Part shown: positions 53,562-62,521 of the stretch, in pieces | Layout: each line of letters begins with the position of its first letter | Position numbering within the stretch: the stretch's first letter is position 1 | Assembly: GCA_964106645.2 (NCBI GenBank) | Contig: OZ067042.1 | Direction: 5' to 3' (one strand) | Origin: Podarcis pityusensis | Lineage: Eukaryota | Length of the DNA stretch: 64,000 nucleotides | The notes under the pieces: model-generated | Databases searched by the model: none | Seen by the model: only the letters and a program-made list of their open reading frames with translations | Told to the model about the DNA's origin: nothing | Position numbers and translations under genes: made by a program

Positions 53562-56500
53562 TTACATCCATTCATTCACCTACCTACACACACAGAGAGA
53601 AATATGCTGAGAAATGACAGAAGCAACTCCTTTGCATCTCACTAGAGAGGCATTAGCATCGCTCTTTCACCTTGCAGACCTGTAATCTAATGAATTTCTT
53701 GTCTTCTCTCTGATGCACACAGAACTCTGATGATAACAACAAATTGCTGCCTAACTGCAGACACAACAGGCTGCCTTGCAATCAACAAGCATCAGCATCA
53801 ATTGGGACAAAGGATGAACCCCGCTACTTAAATCTGAAAATGGGAGTGCGCTAAGATCAATAGCATTACAGCCAGACATCTGGTGTTTGAAACTGGTATT
53901 TGACATGTTCCCTGACAGCCTGACACCTAAGGCTGCAATCATGAAACCCACTTTACCTCGGAATAAGCCTCACTGAATTCAATGGTACATGCTTCTGAGC
54001 AGACAAAGATTGTGCTGCATGTTACGTTATTACTTTCACACGATCGTAATGGTTACCCATACTGTAACAATTGCTCCAGTAGCTTTTCCATGCAGTGAGG
54101 TTTAACACTTATGGGTTTTTTCAGGTTTAAAAACCCACGGGGAGGTGTGAGGGAGACCACGTAAGGTCTATGTGTGTGCATGATTATATGTAGAATATCA
54201 CTGACTTGGATAAGAAGATTCAAATAATAATTCAGTTAATCTTTGAATCAGTGCCGCCATTTTAGGAGATGTATCCTATCCTCCATGTTGATATCTGAGT
54301 TTTGACAGCGGAATACCAGTTGCTGAAAACTGTGTGGGGTGGGGAAAGCTGTTGTGCTCAGGTTCTGCTTGTGGTCTTCCCATAGGCATCTGGTTGGCCA
54401 CTGTGAGAACAGGATGCTGGCCTAGAGAGGTCATTGGCCTAATCCAGCAAACTCTTCTTATGATTATACATTGCCTGCAGCATTCATTTTGTAGGTGAGC
54501 AGTATACCTTATGTTTCTTCCACGGTGGTCATGTGAACTGCAAGGTTTACATGTGAATGCTCCCTAGTGCAGAGAGGTCCCATGTGTGGAATCTGTCTTC
54601 CTCAAACTGGGGAGCAAAAATGGGGGGGGGGGATTCTGCACCTTTAGGAATTTATGTGGTGGTCCCAACACTTAAGGGATGCGGTGGTGCTGTGGGTTAA
54701 ACCACAGAGCCTAGGACTTGCCGATCAGAAGGTCAGCGGTTCAAATCCCTGCAACGGGGTGAGCTCCCGTTGCTCAGTCCCTGCTCCTGTCAACCTAGCA
54801 GTTCGAAAGCACATCAAAGTGCAAGTAGATAAATAGGTACCGCTCCAGCAGGAAGGTAAACGGCGTTTCCGTGTGCTGCTCTGGTTCGCCAGAAGGGGCT
54901 TAAGTCATGCTGGCCACATGACCTGGAAAAACAGTCTGCGGACAAATGCCGACTCCCTCGGCCAGTAAAGCGAGATGAGCGCCGCAACCCCAGAGTCATC
55001 CATGACTGGACCTAACGGTCAGGGGTACCTTTACCTTTTACCCAACACTTACTCCATCATCTACATGGTGGAGGAAAGGGGACATATCAAACATGTAAAT
55101 ATTGAAGCGGGGCTATAACTTTGGGTACAGAAACCTCCTTAACACACCATGGGGTCTGTTCTGATTATGAAGTCTTTTATCATCACATAAAGATAAGCTG
55201 TTCTGACTCATGGTACTGTAGCAAAGCAAGTTAGGGTATTAAACAAGTAATGGAGGTCACTGTTACAGCCAACGTAGCACACAAACTAAATGATCCATTT
55301 TTAAAAAAACATGTCGAGATTCGTTTTCGTACAGAATAAAAAATAAAATCTGCAGCTGGAGTGATACTTTGCATGCTGCAGTAAAATCCTGGGAAACCTG
55401 GTAAATAAATGCTTTAATAACATATGTGTCACCCCATAATCCATTTACTACCTAAATAAATACAATTTGGCTTCTAGGCAGTTGCTAGGTAATATTGTCC
55501 TTAGAACCAAGTACACAATTTTCATTGTGATAATCATTTCTGAAACACTATTGCCCCCTGGTAGTGAGAAGCAGGCAATGCATGCAAATGTAATCTCTCT
55601 GCTAAACTGACTCCTTTCCTGTTTTGTAACTCACTCATTCTTCCAAAGATCATTTTAGCAAGACGTTACTTTCTGTTTCTAGAAACTTGCATTGTTTTTT
55701 TCAAACCTTTCTGGTGAAATAGTTTCAATCTGTAGTTTCACAGAAAGTGTTTATTTTTTTATTTTTTGAAATCATTATTTTGGGGTAAATACAGATTTTT
55801 CATGCCCACCCCAACAACAACAACAAAGTAGTAGGTGCTTGAGTAATTAATTGTGGAAAGCATAAAATTTACTTTGGAAAGACATAAAAATAAACGGATG
55901 TCTGACGCCAGTGCTGTTTCTACAATACCCTGAACTATGGAAAACATAATTTGATGTGAGTTACCTCATGCTCTGCATCTGAGAACATAAGATTAGTAAA
56001 GTTTGTATTAAGAATCAGGTATCATTAGGGATGGATCAATCTATCTATCAGATAGGCTTTGTTTCATTTTTCCATCCTTAGATTCAGTTCTTCACATTTC
56101 TGTGGCAATTTGGAATTTTTTAAAATAAGTTTCTCATTGTTATACAGACTTTCCCCAAATATATACATTTTTGCATACGTTGTCTGGAGAACTGCATCAC
56201 AAGATTCAGAAACTGCAGATTTTGAAAGATAATTGCATTTCAGATCATGCATTGTTTTAATAAGAATAAGAATTTTATTGTTTATATGCCGTCTATCTAA
56301 CTGGGTTGCCCCAGCTACTTTGGGTGGCCCCCAACACAGTACAAGAAGTGCAAATCAGGAAGTTTCTGATTAAAATTGAATGTTTCTGCATCATCCCCAT
56401 GACACAATAGTGCAGAAAGGGAACCTTGATGTGATAAGTATCCACGACTGCATGAAGATTCTCTTTTCATAGTGTTCTGCTGATAAAACAAATGTCTATC

Positions 56501-59500
56501 TACATATTGGTAAAACACCCCACAAAAATAATATTGATGCTGAAGGCATCCATTGGAAATGGATTAGCCATCATTTTTTCTTCCACTCACCCATTGAACC
56601 CCCTGCATGGCACAGATTCTTTACTATGAATGATTTTCAACTTAATTCTCTACAGCAAGTTTGTTTTTTAAACGACAACAACATGTGCACATTATACATA
56701 ACCAGGCATGAAAACTGCTTTGCAATGTATGTAATTTACATATCCATTGATATATAATTGCTATTGTCCTGACAGGTGCCTCATTGTTTTTTTGTTTCTG
56801 ACGTATTGTTTGTTAATTTGCACAAAATTGTTCATTGCCAGAGGCAGCCTATATGCACCAAGATTGCAATCCTAAACGTGTCTGCTTGAAAGTAAGTCCC
56901 ACTGAATTCAGTGGGGTTTACTCTCAGGTAAATGGAGTTAGGATTGTAATCTTAATCTGCTCCCTACTGTGAAAGTCTAAAGGTAATGGAATGCATTACT
57001 CATTATTGTCCTTTTTCACAAGAGAAGGGCATTTTACTTGCACACCTCAGACAAAGTCTGATCCTCTTTGCTAAAGTAGGATGAAATGTCTGGATTAGCA
57101 CCCATTGCCTAAATCTGTGTTTTAAAATCTTGCCCCAGTAGTAGTTAAATGCCAATACTTAAAACTATAAATTAGCTTGCGCACTATGTTCAGCAGTCAC
57201 AAACAAAATAAAAAGTGCATACATTTTATGACAAGAACACACTTTATGAAATAAAATATTGCAATTAAAAAGAATTTATATGCAGTTAAACAGCATTACA
57301 GCTGAGTGCAGGAATAATTCATATAATCCAGGATACAAAAAGCAAAATATCAACAGGGTGCTAAACTGTACCTCCCTGAGGTCCAAGTGATGGAAAGGAA
57401 TATAAGTGCCAACTCCCTGGGGCCCTGGGTGTCCTCCAATTTCCTCTCCTCAAACCATTTCTCAAATCTTATACAAAATACTTTTCAGTATTTCTCACTT
57501 CTCTTTTCTCAGCTCCTGCTAAATTTTTCTCCCAGACTGAGTGCTAAAAGGTGGTAGTAAGAAGGGTTTTAACCACTTGCAAAAGAGGGAAACAATATGG
57601 TGATTGTGACTGCTGGTGTGGAAAATTCATGATTTAGAGGCAGAAAAGAAATCCCCTTCTACATATTTTGCAGCAAACTTTTAGAAAAGGCTTGTCTTGA
57701 ATGTCTTGTGCATTTATTTATTTTTTTAAAAACACAAAAGCTGCAGGGAAATCAATACTCTTATTAATATTTAAATATGTATTTCATCACGCAATACAAA
57801 TGCATTTTAATGCATTTTTTCAGCCTAGAATTGTATCACAAAATTTGAAATACAAGAATAATTACTTCCTCGTTTGAATATTAGGCTGGGAGGTGGGATC
57901 AAGTCAGTTCACATCAGGATTCACTGAAATCAAATTCCTCAGGCATTCCTAGTCTCCAGTGCCCTTGCCAACGTTATGTTCATTATCAGGACCATATAAA
58001 CTATAGCCTCGCTAAAATGCTGAAAGCGGTACTCACCAATCAAAGTCTGCCTCTGTGCAGACACATGGTTCAGATGCCATGGCTCCCGCGTACTTGCCCT
58101 GCATACATTTCTTTTCTGACTTACGCTTCCTGTAGATTCTTTTTGCTCCCATGATGCATGCTTCTCCCTGAGGTGAGAGAAAAACAATGGGATGGATTCA
58201 ATCAAATAGTTGTGTGGTTTAGAGCCAAAACAACAAGTCCTGCTTGCACAACAGGGCTTTCCTCCTCTCCTCTCCCAATGCACCCTTCACTCCCAGTGGG
58301 CTCTGAGGGGGGTTTAGGGTTGGGAGAATTCCCAGAACAGGGCAGAAGGGGAGGAAAGGGGAGGGTGTTTGATCTGGCAAGAGGAAATGCTTGTGCTGGT
58401 GAAATGATTTTATTAGAATTCTATGACACAGAATTCCACTCCCTCATAATGGTGAGGTTTATCTCTACAGATAGAGATAGATAGATGATAGAGAGAGATG
58501 ATAGATAGATGATAGATAGATAGATAGATACCAACACAAACACCCCCCCTCCCATTTGAGGCTCTTTGTTTAACAAATTAGAAATAGCTAGTGGTTTTAT
58601 GTGTTCTTCCACTTTCAAAGCAAATTGGCCACTCTTTCCTTAACGCTACAAAGACTCCAGCTGAGGAATGCAAAAACACTCCTGCAAAGAAGTGTGTGTG
58701 TGTGTGTGTGAATGTGTGTGTGAGAAGGAATGCAGATAAACATAAACCTGCTGGTAAATAAGGTAAAGGACCCTTGGACGGTTAAGTTCAGTCAAAGGTG
58801 ACTACAGTATGGAGTTGCAGCGCTCATCTTGCTTTCAGGCCGAGGGAGCTGCTGTTTGTCCACAGACAGCTTTCTGGGTCATGTGACCAGCATAACTAAA
58901 CTGTAATGGAAACCAGAGTGCACGGAAAAGTTGTTTACCTTCCTGTCACAGTGGTACCTATTTATCTATTTGCACTGGTGTACTTTTGAACTGCTACGTT
59001 AGCAGGAGCTGGGACAGAGCAGCGGGAGCTCACTCTGTTGTGGGGATTAAACCAGCGACCTTCCGATCGGCAAGCCCAAGGTCCACCTTCTACTGTAAGT
59101 GCCCGGTTACCACAGCTGGAATTTGCATATATCAGATCCCTACAGGAGGCCAGGCAAATAAATCAGGGTGAGCAGAACTTTATATCTTTGGTCACAGATT
59201 ATAATGGCGCACATTTTTTTACCTGGCTATGAAGCTGCCAGGGACGGTAGTCATCCTCAGCACACCGTCGGTCGAAGATTGACTTGTAGTCCACCTTCAC
59301 CAGCTGCCATTCAGAGCGATGGCTGAAGTGCCCAAAAACTCTGCACAAAACATACTGAACTGTTACCAGAAAAAGTAATCATTTGAGTAAGAGCATACCT
59401 TTATCCATATTTAGTATCTTTGAATCAACCTGTAGTGAATTTATAGCAGCCCAGATAGCTGAACTAAATGCAAAACTCTATCACATAACAATGAAGTAAG

Positions 59501-61566
59501 TGTGGCAATGTGTTTATGGAGCAATACCAGTGAGTAGTTTCTAGCTTCACAAAACTCCAAATGTCCTTCGTTCTTCCCAACTTGCCAAGAATGTGTTTGC
59601 ACATAGAATCATAGAATCATAGAATCATAGAGTTGGAAGAGACCACAAGGGCCATCGAGTCCAACCCCCTGCCAAGCAGGAAACACCATCAGAGCACTCC
59701 TGACATATGGTTGTCAAGCCTCTGCTTAAAGACCTCCAAAGAAGGAGACTCCACCACACTCCTTGGCAGCAAATTCCACTGTCGAACAGCTCTTACTGTC
59801 AGGAAGTTCTTCCTAATGTTTAGGTGGAATCTTCTTTCTTGTAGTTTGGATCCATTGCTCCGTGTCCGCTTCTCTGGAGCCGCAGAAAACAACTTTTCTC
59901 CCTCCTCTATGTGACATCCTTTTATATATTTGAACATGGCTATCATATCACCCCTTAACCTCCTCTTCTCCAGGCTAAACATGCCTGGTGTCAAAATAGT
60001 ATGTTGGGTTTTTCATCATGTGTTATAAATTTATAATAGAAAAGAAAAATTGCAAATTAAAAATGCAGTAGGGATTTATTCAACATATTTTCTTCAGTAC
60101 TCATCACTGATTGATGCACGACGTATGAAACAGCTGTTAGTGGATTGAATGCACATGACTCATGAGGCAAGTGGCAATTCAAACAGCAATATTAAAGATA
60201 TACTTAGAAGCAAATTATTTTGAAATAAAGCAAGTGAAGCACTTCCAACTAAGTTTGTCTACCAACTGCATGTTTTACAATTGGTTCAGTGTCTGCCTTC
60301 AGTTAAACTAATTAATTATAATGTAAGTAAAATGCCCAAAGTACTACCAAACTTTTTTGTGTATTTTTATGAAATGTAAGAAATGTGACATAACTTACGA
60401 TATAATTAACAAAAATGTACTACATTCTTGGGATCATTTTAAATGTAGCAGTGAAGAGTCTTTCCCTTGCCTTCAAAGGTTAGAAATGATATCTCATCTG
60501 ATTATTAGCTTTTATATATATTCACTATGGATTATCTGCTTACGTCATTATCAAAGTCTCTTCTCCAGGTTCTCCCAAAACGCCATCAACAAAAAGTGGG
60601 ATGGATGTGAAGCTGTATTTGCTCCAGGACCTTCCTTCATCAAAACTTAACCTAATGAAAACACAAATGGAAAACAACTTTTTTGGGGGGAAACACTGTT
60701 TAAGAAGATGTAAAGAAAAGGAACCATCTATTTGCTGTACATGGCAAAAATGACTCAGATTCAAGAACTTGAGCTACATTATACAAGACAGCTTATCGCA
60801 AACAGATTTTAGGAACTGCAAAGTTCCACAAAATATGGTTCCCTGCCGTGTAAGTGTCTTAAATATCAAAGCACTGACAGTGGAGAAAGATGAACATAGG
60901 ATTTCCCATGAGACTGGCATTGATTTTACGTCATATACTGAATGCCATGTGAAGCAGTGTGGCCTGAGTGTGAGTCTTCAAAATAATCTCATGACATTAG
61001 AAGAATGTGAAGTAAAATGGTAGATGGATCAAATTCAGTGTTGATAAATGCAAAACACTGTAGGGGGCGGTTACAATTATCCATATATTCTGCAGGATTC
61101 TTAAACAATAGATTTATTATGTATATAAAAAGAATATATGGAACTTTGTCAGATTAGAAGATGGAAGGGTTTGTGATTACTAATAATTTTTTTGATTCCA
61201 GGCTCCCAAACCTCAGGGGAAGTAAAGAAGTTCAGCTCCCTAATATTAACCCAAATGACAATAGGACCATTAAAGGGTATACTCTGTTGCACATCTTGTG
61301 TGTGAAACTGTAATAATAGATTTAGTGCGATCAAGAGAGAAAGCATGTCAGTTTCTTAATTGGCATATCTTGACACTTAGTTAAAATATTTAGTCACGGC
61401 CCGATTGCCAATGGCATGTAATATATAATGAAGGACTTCATGACTAATGAGATCAGAGAAGTTACAGTAATTACCAGAGATGTCTTATAGGCAGCGACGT
61501 ATGTTTCATGGCAACCAAAACCCCACCTTGATCCAGATAAAGAACGCTGTGTTCTTCTTCAAAGAT
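1521..61566 (-). CDS. SORCS1: SORCS1 (sortilin-related VPS10 domain receptor 1), 3' portion, spliced; long-tail isoform joins 61475-61566, 60544-60651, 59223-59340, 58037-58167, 47853-47966, 46897-47068, 40705-40891, 32908-33041, 29515-29638, 27493-27605, 25595-25726, 13543-13642, 8795-8900, 8527-8687, 1521-1585
   Basis: Manual translation gives one continuous frame (1857 nt) with AG/GT at every junction and matching phases. Peptides such as IFEEEHSVLYLDQGGVLVAMKHTSLPIRHLW and RKIPGINVYAQMQNEK match vertebrate SORCS1 as recalled rather than SORCS2/3. Confidence 0.95.
2663..3099. mobile_element. Non-autonomous DNA transposon (hAT-like) with TAGGGTTGCCAGA TIRs
   Basis: tagggttgccaga at 2663 and tctggcaacccta ending at 3099; TSD not recognisable. 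Confidence 0.65.
5630..6060 (+). mobile_element. MIR/CORE-like tRNA SINE interrupted by a Tc1/mariner MITE
   Basis: B-box ggttcgaatct and core ctgggtcaccttgggccag...cctaacttacctc; resumes after 6016. Confidence 0.6.
5783..6014. mobile_element. Tc1/mariner (Tigger-like) MITE, copy 1
   Basis: TA|cagtggcacctcg ... cgaggtatcactg|TA; homologous to 52112-52337 and 62315-62521. Confidence 0.8.
6937..6982 (+). repeat. (GAAA)n microsatellite
   Basis: Direct reading. Confidence 0.95.
7175..7360 (+). mobile_element. tRNA-derived squamate SINE; other copies about 11815-11940(+), 18830-19012(-), 34947-35272(+), 37592-37965(+), 42940-43115(+), 43725-43830(+), 48770-48960(-)
   Basis: Shared head gtagctcagtggtagagc...ccaggttcaatccctggcatctc and tail gtataaggcagcttcctatg. 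Confidence 0.7.
8519..8687 (-). CDS. SORCS1: SORCS1c-type tail exon: KIPGINVYAQMQNEKDQEMVSPGSQSESMPNVPQRELMTPEQLVDEKLDTQPIGK* (internal donor after 8527 for the longer tail)
   Basis: ttttag|G AAG ATT CCG; YAQM tyrosine motif; ends ATA G|GT AAA TAA. Confidence 0.92.
8749..8794 (-). CDS. SORCS1: Putative SORCS1a-type tail by retention/read-through of the 107-nt intron: (R)YDSFLLSLPFFCQV*
   Basis: In-frame read-through from the TM exon to TGA at 8749-8751; mammalian a isoforms are recalled to arise at this position. Confidence 0.5.
8795..8900 (-). CDS. SORCS1: SORCS1 transmembrane exon: (A)PLIDVTPSHSGSAMLMLLSVVFVGLAVFVIYKFK(R)
   Basis: ttacag|CC ... AAAAG|gtatga; 106 nt; hydrophobic helix followed by KFKR stop-transfer. 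Confidence 0.96.
12960..13115 (+). mobile_element. Old CR1-type LINE 3' end; similar copies about 54310-54465 and 63260-63390
   Basis: ggccactg..agaacaggat.ctgga ... gatccagcagggct..tcttat motif. Confidence 0.55.
13543..13642 (-). CDS. SORCS1: SORCS1 exon: ISDILVQKLNQNAIQFDLKPGVRILVHAAHLTA
   Basis: ttccag|ATT ... GCAG|gttggt; 100 nt. Confidence 0.93.
17398..17476 (+). mobile_element. RTE-BovB LINE 3' terminal fragment
   Basis: gacaggagtgcctgg..tgctctggtccatggggtcacgaaga.tcggaca.gactaaac, CAA-like tail; flanking direct repeat agaatctct at 17387-17395 and 17477-17485. Confidence 0.8.
19451..19586. mobile_element. Palindromic hAT MITE (136 bp); decayed relatives about 655-770, 4180-4275, 10800-10905
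   Basis: caggcata..caaact / agtttgcctatgcctg TIRs; internal arms gggactacaattcccatcatccc / gggatgatgggaattgtagtccc; TSD GGCCAGAT/GACCAGAT. Confidence 0.85.
21812..22210 (-). mobile_element. Degraded CR1 LINE 3' fragment
   Basis: atcatag.gttggaagggac...tagtccaacccc start; homologous to 59602-59985. Confidence 0.7.
22620..22660 (+). repeat. (TG)n(TA)n microsatellite
   Basis: Direct reading. Confidence 0.95.
24686..25526 (+). mobile_element. 5'-truncated L1-clade LINE: ORF2 C-terminus, 3' UTR and poly(A), antisense to SORCS1
   Basis: Open frame 24687-25094 begins [25 protein letters not shown] (CCHC zinc knuckle); AATAAA at 25504-25509; A tail; perfect 18-bp TSD AGAGAAGAAGTTAAAATG at 24668-24685 and 25527-25544. 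Confidence 0.9.
25595..25726 (-). CDS. SORCS1: SORCS1 exon: VTGISSKHILVAILPGLPTSAELFILPYKDVTGEDKRTAEDLQQ
   Basis: tactag|GTA ... CAG|gtactg; 132 nt. Confidence 0.93.
25821..25850 (+). repeat. (GATA)n microsatellite
   Basis: Direct reading. Confidence 0.95.
25995..26370 (-). mobile_element. Old CR1 LINE ORF2 internal fragment
   Basis: tcattttggttgc..tgttctgaacc, ctgagctatct.ctaccaccccaag.tctc, typical of reverse CR1 RT sequence. Confidence 0.6.
27493..27605 (-). CDS. SORCS1: SORCS1 exon: (E)QFQSLRLSFSPNLDDYNPDIPEWRRDISRVIKNALVD
   Basis: ccctag|AG ... GAC|gtaagt; 113 nt. Confidence 0.95.
29515..29638 (-). CDS. SORCS1: SORCS1 exon: PLITLEGSIAFTFSTEGMNTITVQVSAGNAILQDTKMIAVY
   Basis: ttgcag|CCA ... 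TATG|gtgagc; 124 nt. Confidence 0.95.
30560..30930 (+). mobile_element. L2 LINE 3' end with (TTA)n tail; second copy about 37718-37930; reverse tail fragment about 56270-56335
   Basis: Frame encodes RAFSIVAPTLWNALP...FRRHLKAALF (L2 ORF2 C-terminus); 3' stem gctgcccagagtggctgggg...ccagccagatggg; (tta)n. Confidence 0.8.
32908..33041 (-). CDS. SORCS1: SORCS1 exon: (C)PLEHVHLSLPFVTTKNKEVNATAVLWPSQVGTLTYIWWFGNNTE
   Basis: ttccag|GT ... GAG|gtttgt; 134 nt. Confidence 0.95.
35567..35991. mobile_element. hAT-type non-autonomous element; related copies about 38000-38425, 56027-56260, 57770-57940
   Basis: TIRs tagggatgg / ccatcccta; TSD CCCATGAC/CCCATTAC. Confidence 0.75.
36845..36920 (-). mobile_element. 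CR1 3' terminal fragment
   Basis: agaatcatagg...gagttgggagggac...ggtcatctagtc.aaccc. Confidence 0.65.
39528..39706. mobile_element. MITE with CAGTGCTTTTTT TIRs; homologous copy 42099-42276 (TSD GATGCAGA/GATGTAGG); related-TIR element 49101-49237
   Basis: Shared interior acatacccct.aacattttgtgaatctttgtacttt.gtccatttactgtattt in the first two copies; inverted ends. Confidence 0.8.
40705..40891 (-). CDS. SORCS1: SORCS1 exon (PKD domain): GDIQRSIIRVDFGDGSAVSYANLSSTEDGIKHVYQNVGIFRVTAQVENSLGADSAVMYLHVN
   Basis: atttag|GGT ... AATT|gtatgt; 187 nt; PKD-type DFGDG signature. Confidence 0.95.
44095..45090 (+). mobile_element. CR1 LINE 3' portion interrupted by a Sauria SINE
   Basis: Frame includes KLQERRFQLNIRKNF; ends ctatgattcta; aagggaag(c/t)aata duplicated around the SINE. 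Confidence 0.85.
44139..44524 (-). mobile_element. Sauria SINE, full length
   Basis: aaggtaaagg tail; reverse homolog of 54675-55040; 13-bp TSD at 44126-44138 and 44525-44537. Confidence 0.88.
46008..46048 (+). repeat. (CT)n(CA)n compound microsatellite
   Basis: Direct reading. Confidence 0.9.
46897..47068 (-). CDS. SORCS1: SORCS1 exon: YRKVVSNNCTDGVREQYTAKPQQCPGKAPRGLRVVTSDGTLTSEQGHNVTFMVQLEE
   Basis: caacag|G ... GAG|gtatgt; 172 nt; inside ORF 46858..47118. Confidence 0.95.
47853..47966 (-). CDS. SORCS1: SORCS1 exon (10CC): DYGFERHSNGQCLPAFWYNPSSLSKDCSIGQSYLNST(G)
   Basis: aaccag|T ... ACTGG|gtgagt; 114 nt. Confidence 0.95.
48210..48557. mobile_element. hAT-type non-autonomous element
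   Basis: Imperfect TIRs catgggcatacatag / ctaggtatggctctg; TSD TCAGTAAT/TCAGTAAC; internal direct repeat ctccttgccaagggcaca x2. Confidence 0.65.
50777..50954. mobile_element. Penelope-like element remnant (inverted pseudo-LTR hairpin)
   Basis: About 64-bp inverted arms around a 14-nt loop; tail cagactaacacagctacctacctgaa; flanking direct repeat CTAGGATACAGCTG at 50763-50776 and 50955-50968. Confidence 0.7.
52112..52337. mobile_element. Tc1/mariner (Tigger-like) MITE, copy 2
   Basis: TA|tagtggtacctcaggtta ... taacctgaggtaccactg|TA. Confidence 0.85.
52510..53336. mobile_element. GC/CpG-rich non-autonomous hAT element, 827 bp
   Basis: TIRs CAGCGGCGTAGCGTGGG / CCCACGCTACGCCACTG (16 of 17 match); perfect TSD TTTAGCAT at 52502-52509 and 53337-53344. 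Confidence 0.9.
53527..53561 (+). repeat. (CCTG)n microsatellite
   Basis: Direct reading. Confidence 0.95.
54675..55040 (+). mobile_element. Sauria SINE, full length
   Basis: gggatgcggtgg.gctgtgggttaaacc head, acctttacctttt tail; perfect TSD CCCAACACTTA at 54664-54674 and 55041-55051. Confidence 0.9.
58037..58167 (-). CDS. SORCS1: SORCS1 exon (10CC): GEACIMGAKRIYRKRKSEKKCMQGKYAGAMASEPCVCTEADFD(C)
   Basis: cctcag|GGA ... GATTG|gtgagt; 131 nt. Confidence 0.95.
58469..58530 (+). repeat. Imperfect (GATA)n microsatellite
   Basis: Direct reading. Confidence 0.9.
58760..59081 (-). mobile_element. Sauria SINE, head truncated
   Basis: aaggtaaaggaccc start; homologous to 44139-44524. Confidence 0.8.
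59223..59340 (-). CDS. SORCS1: SORCS1 exon: VFGHFSHRSEWQLVKVDYKSIFDRRCAEDDYRPWQLHSQ
   Basis: gtgcag|A ... CAG|gtaaaa; 118 nt. Confidence 0.95.
59602..59985 (-). mobile_element. Young CR1 LINE 3' fragment
   Basis: Uninterrupted ORF2 C-terminus GMFSLEKRRLRGDMI...LNIRKNFLTVRAVRQWN...; (ATAGAATC)3 tail repeats. Confidence 0.92.
60544..60651 (-). CDS. SORCS1: SORCS1 exon: LSFDEGRSWSKYSFTSIPLFVDGVLGEPGEETLIM(T), with Asp-box/BNR motif S-x-D-x-G-x-x-W
   Basis: cattag|G ... ATGAC|gtaagc; 108 nt; overlaps ORF 60540..60764. Confidence 0.95.
61475..61566 (-). CDS. SORCS1: SORCS1 exon (VPS10 propeller): IFEEEHSVLYLDQGGVLVAMKHTSLPIRHL(W)
   Basis: ttctccag|ATC ... CTCTG|gtaatt; 92 nt, phase 0 to 2. Confidence 0.95.
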
Positions 61567-62314
61567 CTGGAGAAATACATTAAAAAGGACTAAGTTTAAC
61601 TTGCCTTAGTCTGGGAATGCATGCTTTCTAAGCAACACTGAAATACATAGGTCACAGTTTTGCAATCATATCAGTAAAAGACTTCCTAATGGCCTTGGTC
61701 TACTCTGTGATTCTGCTAGGATTCAATATATCAAATACACAAATGCTGAGCTTAGAAGAGTTTTGCAGGATTTTGCTGTAATCCAAGCCCCTCTTCATAT
61801 ATACGTGGATGCAGCTGTAATCATCACTGGTAACAATCCATTGCTTCAAGCTAGTTCCCCATCTTTGCCCCCACCCCCATTGTTCTGCTTTGCATGCAAA
61901 TGGCACTTGACTTCTTGGGAAGTGCTTTGCTTGTGTGCTATGTAAATACATGGACTGAGGTTTTGAAATGTCATTGGAAGCAACCACAGAGATGACACCA
62001 ACCACCACGCTCTGAGGGGGTCTAAATCACAGACATGTTCACCAAAATTTCCAGGGAAGAGTGACTGATTGTTAAACCACTCTTAATAATTGTCACTGTG
62101 AGGGGGGAAGGGGTCTCCTAAAAAATCAGCACTCTTAACAAACTACAGCTCCCAAGATTTTTTTGGGGGGGAGCCATGACTGTTTAAAATAGTATGATAG
62201 TTCTAAATGTATAGTACAAATGGGGCCGTTAAGCATGTGCTGTTTGCAACAAGAAATATGGACTCAGAATAACATGCACTGTGGGCAAGAATGATTTCCT
62301 TTTTGATGCTGATA

Positions 62315-62521
62315 CAGTGGTACCTCGGGTTACAAACACTTCGGGTTACAAACTCCACTAACCCGGAAGTAGTACCTCGGGTTGCAAACTTTGCCCTAGG
62401 ATGAGAACGGAAATTGTGTGCAAGCGGTGTGGCGCCAGCAGGAGGCGCCATTAGCAAAAGTGGTTTCTGGTTAAGAACGGACCTCCGGAACGAATTAAGT
62501 TCGTAACCCGAGGTACCACTG
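62315..62521. mobile_element. Tc1/mariner (Tigger-like) MITE, copy 3, opposite orientation to copies 1 and 2
   Basis: TA|cagtggtacctcgggtta ... taacccgaggtaccactg|TA; perfect 18-bp TIRs. Confidence 0.9.

Noticed and set aside
59602-59631. (ATAGAATC)n and other short direct repeats as a CRISPR-like array
   Set aside because: No spacers; this is the standard CR1 3' tail in eukaryotic DNA
1521-61566. Assignment to SORCS3 or SORCS2
   Set aside because: Exon peptides and the tail KIPGINVYAQMQNEK match recalled SORCS1; SORCS3 is recalled as KIPWINIYAQVQHDK
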